Positions 20,782 through 29,942 of a DNA stretch of 64,000 bases are shown here, in pieces (the stretch's first letter is position 1; each line of letters starts with the position of its first letter). Below the pieces are notes generated by a model. The model saw only the letters and a program-made list of their open reading frames with translations. It ran no database searches and was not told the origin of the DNA. This stretch comes from an uncultured Planctomycetota bacterium (GTDB lineage: Bacteria; Planctomycetota; Planctomycetia; Isosphaerales; Isosphaeraceae). The stretch spans positions 6,848,001 to 6,912,000 of the forward strand of contig CAVTTN010000002.1 in assembly GCA_963737655.1 (NCBI GenBank), given 5' to 3'. The translations under genes and the position numbers were made by a program.

Positions 20782-21438
20782 ATGACCCGCGACGCGACCC
20801 TCCGGCGCATCCTTCTCGGGGGGATCGTCGCCGTGATCCGTTCGGAGACGGCCGAGCCGATCGTCGGGGCGGTCCGGGCCCTGGCCGAGGGGGGCGTCAC
20901 CGCGGCGGAGGTCACCTTCACCGTCCCGGACGCCCCCGACGTGATCCGTGAGGTCCGCCGCGAGATTGGAGACGCCGTCGTCCTGGGCGCGGGGACGGTC
21001 CTCGACACCGAAACCGGTCGGATCGCCCTCCTAGCCGGCGCCGAGTACCTGGTCTCCCCGGTCCTCAATCCCGACCTGATCCGCCTGGCCCATCGGTACG
21101 ACAAGCTCGCGATGCCCGGGGCGTTCTCGCCGACGGAGATCCTGGCGGCCTGGGAGGCCGGGGCGGACGTGGTGAAGGTCTTCCCGGCGGAGGTCGGCGG
21201 CCCGGCCTTCTTCAGGGCCATGCGGGGGCCTCTGCCCCAGATCCGCCTGATGCCCACCGGGGGCGTGGACCTGGACTCGGCCCGCAAGTTCCTCGACGCC
21301 GGCGCCTGCTGCCTCGGCGCCGGAAGCTCCTTGGTGGAACCCAGGGCGATGGCCTCGGGCGACTTCGGGCGAATCCGCGACCTGGCCTCGAAGTTCTCCG
21401 CGATCGTGGCCGAGGCCCGTCGGGGCCGCGATGCCTGA
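20782..21438 (+). CDS. eda: KDPG/KHG aldolase
   Basis: VAVIR, EVTF, GAGTV, SPTE, VKVFPA, MPTGGV. Confidence 0.95.
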   Translation: MTRDATLRRILLGGIVAVIRSETAEPIVGAVRALAEGGVTAAEVTFTVPDAPDVIREVRREIGDAVVLGAGTVLDTETGRIALLAGAEYLVSPVLNPDLIRLAHRYDKLAMPGAFSPTEILAAWEAGADVVKVFPAEVGGPAFFRAMRGPLPQIRLMPTGGVDLDSARKFLDAGACCLGAGSSLVEPRAMASGDFGRIRDLASKFSAIVAEARRGRDA

Positions 21439-22180
21439 CCTCCGCGAACCCCGATTCGTCCGCCTCGTCCGCCTGGCGATCGGCGGCCTGACGACCCTCC
21501 CCGCCGGGCGGTTCCGCCAACCGGTCTCGGAGCGCGACCTCGCCGCCTCGCGGTTCGCCTTCCCCCTGGTCGGCGCCTATCTCGGCCTGATCCTGGCGGC
21601 CGTCCAGGTGGTTCTGGAACGATGGGGGGTTGGCGAAGGTCCGTCGGCCTGGGTCATCGTGGCGATGGCGGCGGGCCTGACCGGCGGCCTCCATCTCGAC
21701 GGCCTGGCCGATACCGCCGACGGCCTGTTCCTCGCCGGAGGCCCCGACCGGCGATTGTCCGCGATGCGTGACCCGAGGATCGGCAGCTTCGGGGTGATCG
21801 CGGTCGTCCTGGTCCTCCTGGGGAAATACGCGGCCCTGGGGAACCTGTCGGTTCCCGAGCGAGTCGTGAGGCTGATCGGGGCGTTCGCGGTCAGCCGGAC
21901 CCTCCTGATCGTGGCCGCCGGGTCGGCACCTTACGCCAGGCCCGAGGGGACGGGCCGGACGATCATCGACGCCGGGACTCCGGGAGAGGCTCTCATCGCC
22001 TCGGCCGGGGTCTGCCTGATCGGTGCCCTGACCGGGGGGAGCCGGGGTCTGCTCGCCTCATTGGCCAGCCTGGCCGTGGTCCTCATCCTGGTCCGGGTCG
22101 CCGATCGCCGGATCGGGGGGATCACCGGAGACATCCTGGGAGCCGCCGTCGAGCTCGCCGAGCTGACGTATCTCCTGTAG
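21431..22180 (+). CDS. cobS: Adenosylcobinamide-GDP ribazoletransferase
   Basis: TGGLHLDGLADTADG, MRDPRIGSFG, GGITGDILGA. Confidence 0.95.
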   Translation: MPDLREPRFVRLVRLAIGGLTTLPAGRFRQPVSERDLAASRFAFPLVGAYLGLILAAVQVVLERWGVGEGPSAWVIVAMAAGLTGGLHLDGLADTADGLFLAGGPDRRLSAMRDPRIGSFGVIAVVLVLLGKYAALGNLSVPERVVRLIGAFAVSRTLLIVAAGSAPYARPEGTGRTIIDAGTPGEALIASAGVCLIGALTGGSRGLLASLASLAVVLILVRVADRRIGGITGDILGAAVELAELTYLL

Positions 22181-22387
22181 GGTGCATGCAATGCACCGTC
22201 ATGTCGGGTGCATGCAATGCACCAACCCGCGGCGGGCGAAGCCCGCTTCCTTGGGATCGTCGGAACCGATCGGGAGAGGCGGGGGGTTGTTGCGGGCTTC
22301 GCCCGAGGCGGGTTGGTGCATTGCATGCACCCTACATGACGGTGCATTGCATGCACCCTACATGACGGTGCATTGCATGCACCCTAC
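22177..22387. repeat. REP cluster, family B (GTAGGGTGCATGCAATGCACC): two forward and three reverse copies
   Basis: Copies at 22177 and 22203 (forward) and at 22315, 22341 and 22367 (reverse), with a 26-bp period. Confidence 0.92.
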
Positions 22388-22515
22388 AGGGATCGCTTCC
22401 CCTGCATCCCGACCGTTCCATTCAAGCCGCGTGACGCGATCCGTCGATACAACCGGACATACGGTCCTTTCCGCGCCCGATTCCGGTCCGGGAACTCCTG
22501 GGGGAACCCCTGTCG

Positions 22516-23049
22516 ATGGGCAAGACGATCCTGGTCCTGGGCGGGGTGCGATCGGGCAAGTCCCGGCTGGCCGAGGGGCTGGCGGCGGGTCGGCCTCCGG
22601 TCGTTTACGTCGCGACGGCCGGGCTCGACCCCTCGGACCCGGAGATGGGCGAACGGGTGGCCCGGCACCGGGCGAGCCGGCCGGAGTCGTGGCGGACCGA
22701 GGAGATCGGTTACGGCCTGGATTCGGCCTTGCCGGGGTTGGTGGAGTCGGGCGGGACGGTCCTGGTGGATTCCGTGACGCTCTGGATCGCCTCGCTGCTC
22801 CTGGGTTTCGGCGGCGAGCCCCTGGAAGGCCCGGCGATCCTGGAGCGGGTGGAGGCGGTCGGCCAGGCGGCGAAGCGCGGAAATTCCGACGTGGTTTGGG
22901 TTTCCGACGAGGTCGGGCTCGGCGGGATCGCCGGGGACGCCCTGGCCCGCCGGTTCGCCGACGTCCTGGGGCTGGCCAATCAAGCCCTGGCCGAGGCGAG
23001 CGACGAGGTCAGCCTGAGCGTGGCGGGGCGGCCCGTCCGGATCAAATAA
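22516..23049 (+). CDS. cobU: Adenosylcobinamide kinase/guanylyltransferase
   Basis: GGVRSGKS, YVATA, EMGERVARHR, LVDSVTLW, VSDEVGLG. Confidence 0.95.
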   Translation: MGKTILVLGGVRSGKSRLAEGLAAGRPPVVYVATAGLDPSDPEMGERVARHRASRPESWRTEEIGYGLDSALPGLVESGGTVLVDSVTLWIASLLLGFGGEPLEGPAILERVEAVGQAAKRGNSDVVWVSDEVGLGGIAGDALARRFADVLGLANQALAEASDEVSLSVAGRPVRIK

Positions 23050-23111
23050 CGCCGAGATGGGCCGTCGCCCCCGAAACGGGGAGGGGACGACGGGCCCGAA
23101 AGGACGAGGCG

Positions 23112-24656
23112 ATGCCGAGGAGGGCCTGGGAGCGTCTGGCGAGCATCGGGCTGGGCCTGGCCCTGGCCCTGACGATCGCCTCGCGCCCCGGGACCGCCGC
23201 CCCGGCCGGGCCTCCGGCCGAGGTCAAGTGGCAGAGGTCGCGCTCCTTCCGCATCCCCGTCAACTTCTCCCCCGAGCACCGCGCGGCGATCAAGGAGATT
23301 TACCTGATCGCCTCCGATGATCTCGGGACCACCTGGAAGAAGAACGGCCGGACCACCCCGGACCAGCCCGAATTCTCGTTCCGGGCCCCCCGGGACGGCG
23401 AATTCTGGTTCGCCGTCCAGACCAAGGACACCCGAGGCAACTTCTATCCGTCGGGCGACCGCGAGGTCGAGCCGTCTCTGAAGGTGATCGTCGATTCGAC
23501 GGCGCCGACGATCGCCCTGGAGCCCCGGGGGCGTCGCGGCAGCCAGGCCGCGGTAAGATGGGAGGTCCAGGACGAGCACCTCTCGCTCCGGACCCTGACC
23601 CTGGAGTACCAGTCCGAAGGGGCCCGCGACTGGAGGCAGGTCCCGCTGGCCTCGAAGGACTTCGCCCTGATCGGCGAGAAGACCTGGGACGCCGGCACGG
23701 CCGACCCGATCCGCGTGAGGATGACCGTCCGCGACCGCGCCGGCAACGCCCGGACCGTCGAGGCGATGCTGCCCGACGGCCTGGCCTCGGACCCCGGCCC
23801 GGCGTCGCCCGAGACCCGGGTCGCCGGGGCGCCGGTCACGCCGATTTCCAACCGGGTCGCCCCGGCCGACGAGCCCGAGGACGGCTTCGAGCCCGCCGAG
23901 ACGACCGCGCCGCCTCCTCGGGTCGAACGCGCCCCCGTCGCCGAGCCTCCTTCCCGCGAGCGAGAGCCCGACCCCGCCTCCAACGGCGGAGGCCAGACGC
24001 TCCTGGTGGCCAAGCCGCAATTTCCGTTGCGATACGAAGTTGAGGACGCGGGCCCCGGCGGCCCGGCGCTGGTCGAATTGTGGGTCACTCGCGACGGAGG
24101 CCGGACCTGGAGCCGCCAGCCCGAGGACTCCGACCACCAGTCTCCGTACAACGTCGATCTCGGAGGCGAGGGGACGTTCGGCCTCTGGCTGGTCGTCCAG
24201 TCCGCCTCCGGCCTCGGCGACCCCCCGCCCGGGCCCGGCGACCGCCCTCAACAATGGGTGGAGGTCGATAACGCCCCGCCAAGCCTCTCGCTCGACCGGC
24301 CGATGATCGGCAAGGGGGCGAACGTGGGCCGGGTGGCGATCACCTGGAGGGCCGGCGACGCCCATCCCGCATCCCGCCCCGTCAGCCTGTTTTATCGCGC
24401 CGACCGAACCGGCGCCGATTGGACGCCGATCGTCACGAACCTGGACAACACCGGCAAATACGTCTGGACCGTCCCGCCCGAAGTCCCGCCCAAGTTTCAC
24501 GTTCGGATCGACGTGGTGGACGCCCTGGGCAACCGGGCGACGGCCGACACGACCGACGCCGGGGCGATCGTCCTCGACCGGGCCCGGCCCCGGGGTAAGA
24601 TCCTCGGCCTCGACCCCGCCGCACGGACCGGCGCCGACGGCGCCTATCGGCGATGA
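23112..24656 (+). CDS. Secreted beta-sandwich repeat protein
   Basis: Signal peptide and two similar beta-rich modules separated by a Pro-rich linker. Confidence 0.75.
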   Translation: MPRRAWERLASIGLGLALALTIASRPGTAAPAGPPAEVKWQRSRSFRIPVNFSPEHRAAIKEIYLIASDDLGTTWKKNGRTTPDQPEFSFRAPRDGEFWFAVQTKDTRGNFYPSGDREVEPSLKVIVDSTAPTIALEPRGRRGSQAAVRWEVQDEHLSLRTLTLEYQSEGARDWRQVPLASKDFALIGEKTWDAGTADPIRVRMTVRDRAGNARTVEAMLPDGLASDPGPASPETRVAGAPVTPISNRVAPADEPEDGFEPAETTAPPPRVERAPVAEPPSREREPDPASNGGGQTLLVAKPQFPLRYEVEDAGPGGPALVELWVTRDGGRTWSRQPEDSDHQSPYNVDLGGEGTFGLWLVVQSASGLGDPPPGPGDRPQQWVEVDNAPPSLSLDRPMIGKGANVGRVAITWRAGDAHPASRPVSLFYRADRTGADWTPIVTNLDNTGKYVWTVPPEVPPKFHVRIDVVDALGNRATADTTDAGAIVLDRARPRGKILGLDPAARTGADGAYRR

Positions 24657-24683
24657 TCGGAGCGATCGGCCGCGCCCGGCCCG

Positions 24684-24992
24684 TCATCGATGGAAATGCA
24701 AGGTCGCCGAGTGGCCCGGGGCGAGGCCGTCCTCGACCCAGGAGCTATAGCGGCATCCCTGATCCGTGACCCAACCTTCGATCCAGGTCTTCAGCGAGTC
24801 CCAGCCGACGGCCTTGCGATCGACGATCACGGCGTCGGCCTCCGACGGGCGCCCGGCCGCGTTCATCACGGCGACGGCCGGGCCATATTCGGCCGAAAGC
24901 GCATCGTTCAGGGCGGAAACGTCCAGTTCCGCCGGTTTGAGGCCCTCGATCAGGTAGCTCATTCCGACGGTTCGGAGGGTCAGCGTCGGCAT
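24684..24992 (-). CDS. Hypothetical protein (102 aa)
   Basis: ATG 24992 (MPTLTLRTVG...), with protein-like composition. Confidence 0.55.
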   Translation of the reverse strand: MPTLTLRTVGMSYLIEGLKPAELDVSALNDALSAEYGPAVAVMNAAGRPSEADAVIVDRKAVGWDSLKTWIEGWVTDQGCRYSSWVEDGLAPGHSATLHFHR

Positions 24993-25074
24993 CGGTCGTC
25001 TCGCCGCGAGATCGGTCGGTGAGGCGGCCCGGTCCGTGGCCCTCGAAGGCGGCTCATTCTCGGGTCGCAACCTC

Positions 25075-25133
25075 GTAGGGCAGGCCTTGGCCTGCCGTCC
25101 TCGCGGATCTCGGCAGGCCAAGGCCTGCCCTAC
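25075..25133. repeat. REPIN, family C (GTAGGGCAGGCCTTGGCCTGCC)
   Basis: Inverted pair of 22-bp palindromic units. Confidence 0.9.
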
Positions 25134-25242
25134 GAAGATCGGCGTGCGTCCCCGGTCCGCGAATGGCTGGAAGTCGCGATCTTCGCGGATTTCGGGGCGT
25201 GAATCAAGCCGCCCTGGGATCAGTTCGTGACCGCGGATGCAC

Positions 25243-27936
25243 TCAATCCGCCACCCGGGCCGGCTGGGGGATCGTCAACACCTTGGGCTGGGTCTCTCGC
25301 CTCCGTTCGTTCCTCCGGTGGATCAGCCAGTGGCCGATCGGGACGAGCAGGGGACGGACCAGGATCGCATCCACGACGATGCCCACCACCAGCGCGAACC
25401 CCAGTTGCTTCAGCGACCCCAGGGGGCTGAACAGCATGGCCGCGAAGCTGCATGCGGTGATCGCCGCCGCCGAGGAGATCAGCCCGCCGGTCTGGGCGAT
25501 CGCGCGATTGATCCCCGCCTTCAGGCCCAGGACTCGCGTCTCTTCCTTCAACCGGGTCATCAGGAAGATGTTGTAATCCACGCCCACCGCCACCAGGAGC
25601 ACGAACAGGAAGTACGGGACCTTCCAGTCCAGCCCGTCGTGGCCGAGGATCGAGACGAAGACCAGGTGCGTGGTCCCCAGGGCGAAGGCGTAGGTCAGGA
25701 GCATCGTCGCCACCAGGTTCAGGCAGGCCCAGCCGTCCCGGAGGGTCACGAGCAAGACGAGGAAGACGCCGATGGGCACGACGATCCACGTCTGCCTCTG
25801 GTCCGAGCGGGTCAGGGTCCACACGTCGGCGCTCTCGGCGTTGGCGCCGGAGATCCCGAGCGAGACGGGGAAGGGGGTCCGCTCGGTCAGGTAGTCTCGG
25901 AGGCGTTTGCGGAGGGTCAAGACCTGCTCCATCGCCTCGTTGGAGAACATCCGGTGGTCCTGCTCGACGTCGAACCGGGCGAGGCGGCCGTCGGGCGAGA
26001 GGTAGGCGTCGAAACTCTTCTGCAACTCGGGATGTTCGCGGATGTCGCCGGGGGTGATGAGCAGGCGATTGAGCGTCTCGTGCCCCACCGGGTCGCGGAG
26101 GATCTTGGTGAGTTCCTGATTGGCCCTCTCGGCGCCGTCGGCGATCTGCGAGGCCCCCTTGGAGGCGGCGTCGAGCTCGCGGAGCATCTGCTCGCGGGGG
26201 TCGTCGACCTTGTTGGCGGCGGTCGTCTTCTTGTCCTCGTGGGACTCCGGCTTCTTCGCCCCGAACAGGGCGGCGGACGCCTGGCGGAGGCCCGAGGCGA
26301 CGGAGTCCCGGGCTTCCTTGTCGGTGATCGGGCCCCCGGTCAGCGGCAATCCGGTGATCTTTTCGAGCTTCAAAGCAAGCTGGAGCTTGACCTTGCCCTC
26401 GGCCAGGCCGTCCCGGAGCTTGCGGGCCCCTTCGGCCATCCGGCGGAAGCCGTCGTTGACCTCGGTGAGCCGGGATTCGATCCTCGCCTTCTCCAGGGGG
26501 GCCGGGCTGCCCAGGGGTTGGGTGGCGGAGCGGACCTCGGCGATCTTCTTCTGGGTCAAGTAGCGGCTGACGTCGTCGATCAGGGCGAGGCCCTCGGAAT
26601 CGCGGAGGTCGCGGTCGGTCCGGAGCACGATCGCCAGGGGCGCCACCCGTCCCGGGCCGAACTTGTTGGGCTCGGAGAGCATCGCCAGGGCCTTCACCGC
26701 CGGGGTGTCCTTCGGGAGCTCGCTAAACAGGTCCTGGAGGAACTCGGTTCGGACGCCGATCACGGCCACCGGCACCAGCACCAGGATGGCCGCCAGCCAC
26801 GTCCGAATCGGCCGGGCCAGGACGCGATGACCCACGTCGTCCCAGAAGCCGGTGGAGGGGGCCGTCAGGCCCGCGAACGACTTCGGCCGCAGGCGGGCCA
26901 GCAGGATCAACAACGCCGGGGTGAACGTCAGGCCGACGAGGACCGTGATCCCCAGCCCCAGGGCCACGCTCGGCCCGGTGCTCGAAAACAGCTTGAACCG
27001 GGTCGTCCCCATCAGGGAAAGCCCCACGATCACCGTCCCGGCGCTGGTCAGCACGGGCTCGAACGAGCGTTTCAACGTCGCCCTCATCGCCCCGGCGGGA
27101 TTCGCCGCGTTCCAGTGCTCGCCGAACCTCCAGGAGAGGAACAGGCAGAAATCGGTCCCGCAGCCGAACAACAGGACGACCAGGAACAGCTCGACCAGGG
27201 GGGAGACCTCCCAGCCCGCCAGGGCCAGCCACGCCAGGACGCTCCGGGACAGCACCAGCCCGATCCCGATCGTCACCAGGGGGATCGTCGCCAGCAGGAA
27301 CGAGCGATAGACCAGCAGCAACACGCCCAGGAGGAGGAACACCGTGGCATAGGCGGCGCGGTCCAGCGACTGCCGGATCTTCTGCATGTAATCGCGGCCG
27401 ATCACGGCGTCGCCGGTCCACTCCACCAGGAGCCCCTCGGGAGGAGGGCCGAGCCTCTTAGGCTTGGCCCGTTCCTGGAGCCAGACGACGGCCGCCTGGA
27501 GACTCGGCGAGACGAACGCCGTCTTGAACGGGATCACCAGGAGCTGGACCGTCCGGTCCCGGCTGACGAGCCTCTGGGCGATCTCCGGGGCCGACGCCGG
27601 GCCGAGGACGCGGAGGATGTCGGCCGGTCGGCGGGGGTCCTCGAATCCGGCGGCCATCTTGCGGGCGAATTCCCGGTCCTCGGTCGTCAGGCCGGCGGGC
27701 CTCTCCATCGCGACGACGGCGATGGCCTGGGACGCCTGGTCGGGCCAGGTCTGGCGGACGAGCTCGGCCACGCGGATGCTCTCGGTGTCGGCGGGCAGGA
27801 GGTCGGCCTGCCCCTCGGCGGCCAGGCGGGTCAGGCTGGGCGAGACGGCCAGGGCGACGACGGCCACGGCGAACCAGAACAGGACCACCCGGCCGGGGTG
27901 GCGGGTCACGACGAGGCGCAAGAAGTCAAGCGGCAT
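25243..27936 (-). CDS. MMPL/RND family transporter
   Basis: Two TM bundles with FGCGTDFCLFL and AVGVDYNIFL motifs, and a large periplasmic loop. Confidence 0.93.
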   Translation of the reverse strand: MPLDFLRLVVTRHPGRVVLFWFAVAVVALAVSPSLTRLAAEGQADLLPADTESIRVAELVRQTWPDQASQAIAVVAMERPAGLTTEDREFARKMAAGFEDPRRPADILRVLGPASAPEIAQRLVSRDRTVQLLVIPFKTAFVSPSLQAAVVWLQERAKPKRLGPPPEGLLVEWTGDAVIGRDYMQKIRQSLDRAAYATVFLLLGVLLLVYRSFLLATIPLVTIGIGLVLSRSVLAWLALAGWEVSPLVELFLVVLLFGCGTDFCLFLSWRFGEHWNAANPAGAMRATLKRSFEPVLTSAGTVIVGLSLMGTTRFKLFSSTGPSVALGLGITVLVGLTFTPALLILLARLRPKSFAGLTAPSTGFWDDVGHRVLARPIRTWLAAILVLVPVAVIGVRTEFLQDLFSELPKDTPAVKALAMLSEPNKFGPGRVAPLAIVLRTDRDLRDSEGLALIDDVSRYLTQKKIAEVRSATQPLGSPAPLEKARIESRLTEVNDGFRRMAEGARKLRDGLAEGKVKLQLALKLEKITGLPLTGGPITDKEARDSVASGLRQASAALFGAKKPESHEDKKTTAANKVDDPREQMLRELDAASKGASQIADGAERANQELTKILRDPVGHETLNRLLITPGDIREHPELQKSFDAYLSPDGRLARFDVEQDHRMFSNEAMEQVLTLRKRLRDYLTERTPFPVSLGISGANAESADVWTLTRSDQRQTWIVVPIGVFLVLLVTLRDGWACLNLVATMLLTYAFALGTTHLVFVSILGHDGLDWKVPYFLFVLLVAVGVDYNIFLMTRLKEETRVLGLKAGINRAIAQTGGLISSAAAITACSFAAMLFSPLGSLKQLGFALVVGIVVDAILVRPLLVPIGHWLIHRRNERRRETQPKVLTIPQPARVAD

Positions 27937-28115
27937 GCTCGGCGGCCCTGGGCCCCCGGAAAGGACAGCGCGGGGGCATCGCCTCGGTCGTCTCGCTCGG
28001 GTCCGCTCCGGGAGGGCCGATCGGTCGGTCAAGCGAGAGGCGCCCGATCCCGGCCCCGCCCGAGGCACCGCGCCATTGTGCAAACTTCGGGCCCCACGCC
28101 TAGGGGGAACCGCCG

Positions 28116-28286
28116 GGAGGGCCTCCTCCTACGGAGTGCGGAGTGCTGAGCCCCTTCCGTAAGGCAGGCCTCGGCCTGCCGAGACGCCAGGCCGGCAGGC
28201 CGAGGCCTGCCCTACGAGAGATGGTCGTCCCCTGCGACCGCGAATCGCCGCGCCCGCGGCACTCCGCACTCCGGAGGAGGCCCTCC
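28116..28286. repeat. Family C REPIN (28159-28215) nested in a 28-bp outer inverted repeat
   Basis: Outer arms ggagggcctcctcc(ta)cggagtgcggagtgc / gcactccgcactccggaggaggccctcc; inner gtaaggcaggcctcggcctgcc / ggcaggccgaggcctgccctac. Confidence 0.85.
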
Positions 28287-28432
28287 GGGGAGGAAGCCCG
28301 AGCCCCTTCCCGGCACGTCGGGCGCCGGGTATCTTGAAAGGGGATGAGGCCCCCGGTCGCCGTCGGTTCCGGGAAACGCTCCAATAATGCCGGTCGGCCA
28401 GCGAACGCCGAGCTAGAGGAGGGACATCGATC

Positions 28433-28744
28433 ATGTCGTACGGCGGAAGCGCGGATGCCACCGGGATTCAGGTCTCATTCCTGGACCAGACCGGGGCCAA
28501 ATCGGTCAAGGCCGTGATCGCGTTCAGCGTCCCGGTCAGCCGAATTTTGCCAAACATCATCACCAAGATGAACCTGCCGACGGTCTCGCCCGACGGCCAG
28601 CCGATGAGCTATTCGCTCGACCACAAGGAAGGCGGCCGGCGCCTCCTGGAGAGCCAGACCCTGCTGGAGGCGGGCGTGCAGAATGGCGACCACCTGATCG
28701 TCTATCCCGAGGTCGTGGCCGGCTCGGCGCGACGGTCGCGGTAA
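28433..28744 (+). CDS. Ubiquitin-like beta-grasp protein (EsaB/YukD-like)
   Basis: LLESQTLLEAGVQNGDHLIV is like ubiquitin's [20 protein letters not shown]. Ends VVAG-SARRSR. Strong RBS; adjacent to the E2. Confidence 0.85.
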   Translation: MSYGGSADATGIQVSFLDQTGAKSVKAVIAFSVPVSRILPNIITKMNLPTVSPDGQPMSYSLDHKEGGRRLLESQTLLEAGVQNGDHLIVYPEVVAGSARRSR

Positions 28745-28817
28745 CTCCCCCGCGGGGGCGACCTTGCGAACCGTCCCCGGACCCCTTCGAATCGAACCTC
28801 GCGGAGCCCCGAGAGCG

Positions 28818-29543
28818 ATGGCCGGCCCCTCGTCGTATGAATCCCCCCAGATGCGCCGGCTCCGCCACGACGCCAAGGCGATGGAGGAACTCCGCGAGGA
28901 AAGCTCGATCCTCCGGTTCCGCGCCTTCGGCCAGCCGGCCCAGCGGTATCTGATCGAGTTTCGCGGCCGGAGCCTCGCCCGGGACAAGGGGAAGGTGGTC
29001 CATCGCGACTCGCACGAGGTCGAGATCAAGCTCGGCGTGTCGTATCCCCGGACCATGCCGGAGCTTCGGTGGCTCACGCCGATCTACCACCCCAACATCT
29101 CGGAGATCGGCCTGGTCTGCCTCGGCGGTTACGGGACGCACTGGGTCCCCAGCCTCCACCTGGACGACCTCTGCGTGATGCTCTGGGACATGGCCCGCTA
29201 CCACAACTACGACATCCGCAGCCCGTATAACCGCGAGGCCGCCCTCTGGGCCGCCAACCAGACCACCTTCGCCTTCCCCACCGACGCCCGCCCGCTGAAG
29301 GACCGGCGCGCGGCCCTGGGACGGATCGACTACGACCTCAAGTCGGTCGAGCTGGTCAAGGACGCGCCTCCGCCGGTCGAGGCCTCGAAGCCCGTCGAGC
29401 CGCCGCCGAAGCCGCCGTCCCGCAAGAACGACGAACCCATCGAGATCTGCGTGATGGATTTCGAGGTCGATCTGCGAAGGCCCTCACCGCCCCCCGCGCC
29501 CCGGCCCCGGCCGGCGGACCAGGAGGTCATCTTCCTGGATTGA
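28818..29543 (+). CDS. Ubiquitin-conjugating enzyme E2 (UBC fold)
   Basis: YPRTMPEL...TPIYHPNISEIGLVCL (HPN plus catalytic Cys), W-x-P, SPYNREAA; Pro-rich C-terminal tail. Confidence 0.93.
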   Translation: MAGPSSYESPQMRRLRHDAKAMEELREESSILRFRAFGQPAQRYLIEFRGRSLARDKGKVVHRDSHEVEIKLGVSYPRTMPELRWLTPIYHPNISEIGLVCLGGYGTHWVPSLHLDDLCVMLWDMARYHNYDIRSPYNREAALWAANQTTFAFPTDARPLKDRRAALGRIDYDLKSVELVKDAPPPVEASKPVEPPPKPPSRKNDEPIEICVMDFEVDLRRPSPPPAPRPRPADQEVIFLD

Positions 29544-29685
29544 TCGGTTGATCGTTTGATCGATCGATCTCCGCGAACGGCGGCAGGACTCGGACCGGCG
29601 CCCGACGCCGTTTCCTCCTCGGATGAAACGTCCCGGATGGCGCGGGTTCCGTCCGTTCGCGTTGATCGCGTCGAATCGCGCTCTT

Positions 29686-29755
29686 GTAGGGTCCGCTATT
29701 GCGGACCTCTCCGATTTCGATTTGTCGCGAAGTGGTCCGCAATAGCGGACCCTAC
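29686..29755. repeat. REPIN, family A
   Basis: gtagggtccgctattgcggacc / ggtccgcaatagcggaccctac. Confidence 0.9.
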
Positions 29756-29942
29756 AAATACCGCCTTCGACCACGCTCAACCCATGCTTCCGGCCGCGGG
29801 ACGCCCTGAGGAGCGAACGGACCCGCCGGGGGCCGCCCCCGGCTTGACCGGGCCGTCGGCGGCCTGTCCAATGCAGGAACCTGGCCTCGGGTTGGGCGGA
29901 GCGTGGCATCGGGCCGGGCGGACATTCGGGAGCGTCGAGGCC

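Noticed and set aside
22315..22387. Possible mini-CRISPR
   Set aside because: 21-bp units separated by an identical 5-bp linker, i.e. a tandem REP expansion.
22388..22515. Cobalamin riboswitch upstream of cobU
   Set aside because: Only fragmentary GGGAA-like words, with no convincing B12-box architecture; would need an Rfam scan.
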